This document shows positions 56,003 to 64,000 of a stretch of DNA of 64,000 nucleotides, piece after piece (positions within the stretch are counted from its first letter, which is position 1; every line of letters begins with the position of its first letter). The translations under genes and the position numbers were made by a program. This DNA is from the human T2T-CHM13v2.0 reference genome, Homo sapiens, in the NCBI RefSeq assembly GCF_009914755.1, contig NC_060940.1. One strand, 5' to 3'. A model generated the notes under the pieces. It searched no databases, was not told the DNA's origin, and saw nothing but the letters and a program-made list of their open reading frames with translations.

Positions 56003-57561
56003 CTGCCGGACCTCTTTAGATAGGTCACTTAACATCTTTCGGGCTCGTTTTTCTTCACTCTTAGGATGCAAGAATGTCAGATTAGCAATTCCTGTGTTTA
56101 AGCTTGCCTCAATCAGCAGAGCCCCTTTCATAAGCGAACTCCCCTACATTGCCCCAGTACAGGAAGCAGCTAAAAGTGAAGCTTTGATCTCGGGTGAAAA
56201 GGTGGGTAAGAGATTGGAGTCCGATGCTCCTTAACTTCTCACCCCTAGCCTCCCTCCCACTCACACCAAAGCTCATCACAGAACTCTGGGACTCTGATGA
56301 ACACATTTTGAAAATGTGGTCCAATCTCTGTGTGGCACAGAAGAAGAAACAGGACCAGAAAGAACAAGAGACTGAACAGAATTACTCATCAGTTAGAGAT
56401 GGAGCAAAGATTAGAATCCAGGACTCATCACGGACAACCAGGCTTTTAAAAATAGCATCTGAACCTTGGCTCTGAAACTTACTGGCTGCTTGATACTAGG
56501 TAGATCTCTCAGCCTGTCTGTGCTCCAGTTTCGTCATCTATAATGTGGGGATAGTAACAGTACTTGCCATTTAGGGGTTTCTAAGGGCTAAATTGAAAGA
56601 GGCAATACATATAAAACATTTAGCATAGTGCCCAGTAATAGCATGGGTTTAATAAATATCAGTTATTAGTATGCTTATTATTGTCTTATAGGGCCCTTGA
56701 GGGTTCCACCGAGATGTTGCTGTCCCCTGATGCTCAGATACCTTTCCTGGGCCAAGTGCTCCTGGTGCATGTTCAGGAAGGTGTGGTCTGCAGGGCAGAG
56801 GGGGCAGCCATTGGTCAGGCCTAGTTCTCCAGCTCAGTGCGTCCCAGATGGTGCCCATGGGGGTGCTGGCCGGTGACATATTGGCAGCCTCCCTTCCCCG
56901 CACAGTTCACCGAGCCACACAGTGCTCAGGAGCCTTGAGCTGTAGCCTGCTCTGCCAAGGAGGCAGCCTGCCCAGCCTGGACTGATGGACAGCAGGCATG
57001 GCCAGCCCCAGGGAACTCGGACTGTGCCTCCAGCCTCCAGAGAAGGTGCAGGTGAGGCACTAGTCCGGCCGCCTCCCCAAGCTCCTATGGCTCCCACGGC
57101 TTCTCTCTGAGAGGGAGACGGAGGGACTTAGTCAAAAGTCAGCCCCTTCTCCACATTACCTGAGTCCTTGCCTGTCTTAACCCTTTTTCTGAAAGTGACA
57201 GCTCTTAGAAAACAACCATGGAGCAGAAAGGAAATGACTGCTTCACTGAACAAATAAGAAATCAGTTTCTTCATTTGAAAAAAAATAGAAATAATAGTAT
57301 TGACTTAATAGAGTCACTGTGGGGACTCGATGATATATTGCACACAGTGATTGGAATCATGTGCACCACGTAGAAAATAAATATTAGCTATTCCCTATGT
57401 CAGTAGGACATTCATATTTGTATTGGTATTATAGCAGTAGCAAAAATACAGGCTCTGCAGCCCCTCTGCCCAGGTTCAAATCTGTGATGGACCTCTTCCT
57501 ATCTGTGTGGCCTTGGGCATGGTGCAGCCTCAGTTTCCTCATCTATAAAATGGGGGGACTC

Positions 57562-57795
57562 ACGGACACAGGGAGGGAGACATCAAATGCTGGGGCCTGT
57601 CGGGGGGTAAGGGGCTAGAAGAGGGATAACATTAGGAGAAATACCTAATGTAGATGATGGGTTGATGGGTGCAGCAAACCACCATGGAACGCGTATATCT
57701 ATGTAACAAACCTTCACATTCTGCACATGTATCCCAGAACTTAAAGTATAACAAAAAATAATAAAAATAAATAAATAAATAAATAAATAAGAAAA
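57562..57795 (+). mobile_element. L1PA 3' end inserted in a MIR
   Basis: L1PA 3'UTR with (TAAA)n tail and TSD-like aaatggggggactc/aaatgagggattc. Confidence 0.9.
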
Positions 57796-60551
57796 GAAAT
57801 GAGGGATTCCTTGTGCCTCTCCCACAAAATTGCTGAGAACATTAAATCAGGTGATGCACACGAGTTGCTTAGCATAGCACCTGATACATAATAAGAAATC
57901 AATAGGTAAAGGTGATTATTATGATTAATTAGCATTGATATGAATGCCCAAGGTCACAGAGCAGGTTAGCATTGAAATAGGTATTTTCTGACTTGCCACT
58001 TGGTACTCACTCTGCTACTCACTGCTGCCTCTCACCCAATTAAAATTCCTGGCTCTGCCCTCTGAGAGTCACTGTTCCTAAAAAAGAACTCCATTTGTAG
58101 TAAGAAGCCACAAAATAAATTGTCACCAAGTCCAGCGGTCAGATCCAAATTGCATAAAAGCATTTCTCTTAATTAGGCAAAGTTGCCCAAGGATTCAGGG
58201 TGTAGGGAGAAGAAGAAAGACTAGTTCAATGACCAGATGTGGGAGCCAACAGACCTGGCTGAGACCTCATTTCTGCACCATCTCTCTTGCTGGGTGACTG
58301 TGGGCATGTCATTCTACCCTCGTAGGCCTCAATTTCCTTGCCTGCAAAATCAGGGTTGTTGTGAGAATGAAATTAGATAAAACATCTTGTGTAAATTGAG
58401 TTTTTAATAAATGGTAGGAATTATTACATTCACAGCCCTTTTGGTTGAGTGAGGTATTCGTGGGACTTGTTGTGGTGGTCTTTTGGGGTTTTGTTTCTGT
58501 TTTATTCTTTGCAAAAGGGTGAAGGAATTGTGTAATTTCCATCAATGACAAAGCATATATGCTAAATGCAATGTGGGATTCTGAATTGAGTCTTGGAACA
58601 GAAAAAGGACATTAGTGGAAAACCCTGTAAATCCCAATAAAGCCTGAAGTTTTGTCAACAGCAGTGTACCAGTGTTAGTTTCTTAGTTTTGACAAATTTA
58701 CCTGCATTGTGTAAGATGTTAACGTTAGGGAAAACCAGGCAAAGTGTTTATAGAAAGTCACTGTACTATCCCTGCAACTTTTCTATAAATCTAAAAACAT
58801 TCCAAAATAAAAACTTTATTTGAAAAAACAAAAAGCAATATATGCTTAAGAAAGTGACCTATATGCTTATCTATGTGTAGAATATCTCTGGAAGGATACC
58901 CAAGGAATTAGCAATCATGGCTGCCGCCAGCGAGGGAACACAGGTGACTGGGAGAAAGTGGAGAGAGACAGGTAAAAGACGGTGGATTCCTTCTCACTGT
59001 GAGGCATGATTTGTTTTTGGCATGCACATATATTACCTTCCTGCTTAAAGAATGAGTAAAAAGCTGAGATGGTAGAGAGTAGTGAGTGGGTGTGCTCGTG
59101 TGTGTCTGGGTGTGCCCCCAGGTGTCAGGGCACAGTTCAACCAACAACTGCAATGGGAAGCAAAGAAGAATGAGCCCCCACAGCCATGGCAGGGCCTTGG
59201 GCTGAGCCCCCAGAGTTACACTCTGCCTGACTTGATCCACCTCTACAAGTTGAAAGAGATCCAGCTGTCTGCAAGGGGCTGACGGCCCCCCATGACAGCA
59301 AAACACACCCAACTTTCTGTGTACCAAATCGTTTCTTAGATGCCTGTCCTACTTGAGCTCATCTAATCCTCAGAGCAAACCCACAAGGTTGGAGTTGGTA
59401 TCCCCTTGTTATGGTGGAGGACACAGAAGCCCAGAGTGGTAAAGTGCTCCCTAAGTATTTACCCAAGGTTGAACTGGTACTAAGTGGTAGAGTTGGGATT
59501 TGAGCTTAAGCTTCTGGAGTTCAGCCCACTGAGCCTCATAATGTCACAGCTATCAGGCTGTGAGGAAGCTACTGCCTCCTTGCAAGATGGTCACATTGGT
59601 TTTTGGCAGGTGGATGGGGCTCCATTGAATGGGGAGGGGATAGGAAGCGTCTCTCTTCTCTGGCTCCCAGAACTGCATTCCCACCACCACCAATGGAGGC
59701 CAGCAGCCAGGGGTTTAACCACCGGGGTGGATCTCAGCACTGTCTCAGAAGACAAGATATTAGAAGGACAATAAAACCCAACACCAACCTTCTGGCACAG
59801 AAGGTGTTATAAACCTCATTTTCAAGATGAGGCAATAAGACAGATTTAATTTTTTAAAATGGCTTCTGTTATCACATAGCAAGGGACAGAGTGATATGGT
59901 AGAGGTAGGGGTTTTGGAACCAAATTACAATCAGTTCAAATCCTAGTTCCTCCCATTCCTTGGGCAACTCATTCAATCTTTTTGAACCTCAGTTTCCTTC
60001 TCTGTGAAATGGGGTTAGTGACACCTGCAAATTCTAAGTAATAATGGGCTTCGCACTGAGAGAGCTGTAAACAAACAGTAGCTATGATAATCATAATAAA
60101 AGAGCACTTTAAATTTACAAAGACTTTAGCAGTCATAATAATGTCATTTGAGTATGATACTATTCATTGAATACTCACTCTGCAACAGGTACTAGGCTAA
60201 GCATATTCTGGGTTTCGTAGTATTTAGTCCTGAGAATGACCCTCTGAGCTGTGTATAATTATTACAGCTAAGGAGAATGAACCCTGAAATAGTAAGTTAC
60301 TTTCCCAAAGTCTCACAGGAATCCAGCTGCCTAGCCAGGACAAAAGCCTGTTTTCTGGCTTCCAGTCAGCTACACCTACATGCTATGTTAGCACTGTCTT
60401 ATGGAGGTTGCATGTCAATCCTCACTTAGGGAATCTCAAAATTTAGTGGTCAACAGAAATTATATGGAAGAGATTGAAATGCAGATTCCTTGCCCCTGCC
60501 TCCATAAATTCTGATCCTGCAGCTCTGCAGTGGGGTCATGGGAATTTGCTA

Positions 60552-61052
60552 TGTGGCAGATTGTATTTTCCAAAGCTGGCCACAATAATACTTCCCATCC
60601 CACATGCTCTTCCTGAATCTTGTCACTTCTCCATCAAGAGGATGAATTTATGAACCCTTGAAACTTGGTGGGCCTTTTTTACTCCCTCAACCAATATAGT
60701 ACAGCAGAGATGTATATTAGAAAAGTGCGACATAATTGTACCTTGTTCTCTTGGAACCCAGCCACCATGCTGTGAGGAAGCCCAAGCATCCTATGGAGAG
60801 CCTTACATAGAGAAGAACCAAGGCCCGCAGCCCTCAGCCCCGGCAGTATTCCCAACCAACAAGTACACCAACCTGCCAGCCCTGTGAGTGAGTCATTTCA
60901 GAAGAGAATCCTCCAGTCCCCAGTTGAGCTGACCCAGCAAAGGCAGTCCTGGTGAACTCTGCCCAAGTTGAAGATTCACTGGGAGACTAGTTGCTGTTGT
61001 CTTAAGCCACTACAATTTGGAGCAATGTGTTACACAGCAATAAATAACCAAT
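60552..61052 (+). mobile_element. MLT1G/H-type LTR
   Basis: tgtggcagattgtattttccaaagctggccaca...ccagccaccatgctgtgaggaagcccaag...ttaagccact...cagcaataaataacc. Confidence 0.78.
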
Positions 61053-61255
61053 ACCCTGCATTTTTAACAAGCCTCGCCAGGTGGTTCTATCACAGGTGAT
61101 CAGAAGTCTACAGTTTGGAGTAGACTGCCCTTTGCCAGATCTTTGTGGGTGTGGAATGAACATTACTTAACTATTTCTGCCCCTCACATTGCAGAGTTTC
61201 TGTTTATAAGCACCAAAGCCGAGTGTGCAGAGAGACTTCAAAAGTCCCCTTCCCT

Positions 61256-61581
61256 GGCCGAGAGCAGTGGCTCATGCCTATAATCCCAACAGCTTGGGAG
61301 GCCAAAGCAGGAGGATTGCTTAAGCTCAGGAGTTCAAAATCAGCCTGGTAAACAGTGAGACCCCTCGCCCTCACCAACTCTACAAAAAATAAGATTAAAA
61401 AATTAGCCAGATGTGGTGGTGCATGCCTGTGGTCCCAGCTACTCAGGAGGCTAAGCGGCGGAACAGGGGGATCACATGAGCTCAGGAGTTAGGGGCTGCA
61501 ATGAGCCGTGATTGCACCACCGCACTCCAGCCTGGGTGACGAGTGAAACCTTATCTCTAAAAAACAAAACAAAACAAAAAA
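61256..61581 (+). mobile_element. Alu (AluJ-type)
   Basis: Diverged dimeric Alu with (AAAAC)n tail. Confidence 0.9.
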
Positions 61582-62485
61582 GAGTCCCATCCATCAGAGG
61601 AATGGGACTCTTATTACCTTGATTGTGGTGATGGCATCATAGGTATGTACATAAATCTGAACTCATCAAATTGTATACATTAGACATGTGTAGTTATTTT
61701 TGTATGCAATTATACCTCAGTAAAGCTAATTTTTTGAAAAAGAATTCCTTCCTCCCCCATTGTGTTGATAAGTGAAACCCAATCAACTCTGAGCATCTTT
61801 GGCACCCATGCATGTTTGCACCAACCCCTTTTCCAAGAATACTTGAAGGCTTCTCCACTCCCGCATAAGCAAATCCAATTTCCCATCCATATTTGCAGAG
61901 GTGTTTGCTACTTAAGCAAGGTGCAGCCTTGCAAATTCTTGGGTAAATAACACAAGTCTGAGAACGATATTCCCATGCCAGTAGCCAAGAAGTGCAGGAA
62001 ATGACAGATCTCTTAGGACTTCTCCGTCTCACTCAAAGACTCAGCAAGGTCCCAGCTTGAAAGAGTGCATGGGCACTGTCACTCGTGGTAGAGCAGAAAG
62101 CCAAAGATGGTGCAGAGTATCATAATTAAACAGGAGGACTCAAGAGTCAGGCCACTTGAATTTGAATCCTGAGTCTATGACTTACTAGCTGCGTGACTTT
62201 AGGCAAGTTGCTTCACCTTTCTGAACTTCAGTTTTCCACTGTGCAAAATGAGAACAGTAAGAGCTTCTTTACTGGGTTACTATTAAGGTAATGCAACTGT
62301 CTTATACAGGAAGAAACTTAATGTGTACTCAATAAATAGTAAAAGTTATTGTTTTTTTAATGCAGTGTGATTATATGCTGCCCAGATATAAAAAGAGGCA
62401 AATCATAGAGGTGAAAAAGACCCTGGGATGGAAGTCAGGAGATCTGATTTCTTGTTTTGGTTTTGCCACCAATTCACTTACTTGG

Positions 62486-62832
62486 TGTATTAGTCTGTTT
62501 TCAAACTGCTGATAAAGACATACCCAAGACTGGGCAATTTACAAAAGAAAGAGGTTTAAGGGACTCACAGTTCCACGTGGCTGGGGAGGCCTCACAATCG
62601 TAGTGGAAGGTGAAAGGCACGTCTCACATGGCAGCAGACAAGAGAAGAGAACTTGTGCAGGGCAACTCCCCTTTATAAAACCATCAGAGCTTGTGAGACT
62701 TATTACTGTCACAAGAATAGCACAGGAAAGACCTGCCCCATGATTCAGTTACCTACCACTGGGTCCCTCCCACAAGTGTGGGAGCTACAATTCAAGATGA
62801 GATTTGGGTAGGGACAGAGCCAAACCATATCA
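62486..62832 (-). mobile_element. THE1 solo LTR
   Basis: tgtattagtctgttttc...gagccaaaccatatca with TSD cttgg/tttgg. Confidence 0.92.
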
Positions 62833-62931
62833 TTTGGATACCTGAGACAAGGTAGTTGATGATGTTGAACTTTAGTTGTAAACTGAGGTGGAAGGATTAG
62901 GAGGTGCTCTCTAAGCTGCCTAAGTCACTAA

Positions 62932-63090
<159 letters not shown>

Positions 63091-63877
63091 CACTCCAGCT
63101 CTTCCCTTCTTTGGACTGCTAAGAGTGTCCTATTGCCTAATACAAGACACTCTTCTAGACATAAATGGTAGAAAAAAATCCCAAAGAGGTTTAAGCCAAA
63201 AATAAGAAATAGTTGGCTCAGAGAAGCCAAACCTGTGGTTGAATGGTCAAATCCCACGGATGCAGCTAGACTCCAAGAACAGCTGGAGTCTGGGTCTCAC
63301 TTCTCTCTCCCCCTCTTTTGCTTTCAGTTGCTTGCTGCATTCACCCTCCCTCACAAACTGTCTTACTCCACACTCAGGGAACATTCATACTAATGCTTCC
63401 TATTTCACAGTTTAGACCTAAACCCACGGGAAAGAATGACTGACTGCCCTCCCTTCCCAAGTCCGAAAATCCCAAGGTGGGGATTCATTGGCCTAGTGTA
63501 GACCAGTTGCCAACTCCATGACCAATCAGCCATGGCTTTGCGATGGGGCCATGTTAGACCACAGCAGCTCTCATGGGAACCATGTATTACCTACCTAGCC
63601 AGTCTGCACATCTGAATTTGCAACTTCTGCAGTATACCCTAAAGGGAAGCTTTTCTATTTCTCTCATTATTTTGCAAAGCACTTCCATTCTTATCTTCAT
63701 ATAATCCTTATAACAACCTTACAATGGAAACAGCTGTCAGCCTTAAATCCAACATGATTTAGAGGGTCCTTTGGCTCAGGGAAGCTGGGTGCCCTGGCCA
63801 AAGTCACAGCCTGTCCATAGCAGAGGCAAATCCAGCTAAGAACCTGGGTGTTTTAACTTCTCTTCCAGTGTTTTCTC

Positions 63878-64000
63878 TTTTTTTTTTTTTTAAAGAGACA
63901 AGATCATCTTGCTCTGTCGCACAGGCTAGAGGGCAGTGACGCAATCAATCATAAGTCACTGCAGCCTCAAACTCCTGGCTTTAAGTGATCCTCCCACTCA
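63878..64000 (-). mobile_element. Alu fragment running off the window end
   Basis: T tract followed by gagacaag...cttgctctgtcgcacaggctagagggcagtg. Confidence 0.85.

Overview
This is human (primate) genomic DNA containing the 5' end of GRIN2A (NMDA receptor subunit GluN2A, known to lie at 16p13.2), transcribed on the minus strand. The only supportable protein-coding sequence is the first coding exon: CDS 47117->46704, 414 nt, codons 1-138 ([18 protein letters not shown]...MIMADK). Two predicted non-coding 5' exons (48800-48610 and one ending at 49386), a CpG island (~46.6-50.3 kb), an RE1/NRSE site and the known promoter (GT)n microsatellite lie upstream. Positions 1-46703 are part of the very long intron after the first coding exon, and 50.4-64 kb is upstream intergenic DNA. 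Both are dense in Alu, L1, MIR/L2, LTR and DNA-transposon relics, and nearly all other ORFs in the track are repeat-derived or GC-rich artefacts. I cannot support a wholly new biological system here. The best leads are: (1) a layered uORF architecture, including a splice-dependent 109-aa upstream ORF overlapping the GluN2A start; (2) an in-frame intronic ATG that could extend GluN2A by 52 aa; (3) a dense GTGCAC/MRE-core/HES motif cluster lying largely between two CTCF motifs in the 5'UTR intron; (4) a templated local copy of an Alu plus its flank 7.6 kb away; (5) a 5'-inverted L1 inside a nested insertion stack. Repeat subfamily names come from recalled consensus sequences and repeat boundaries are approximate.
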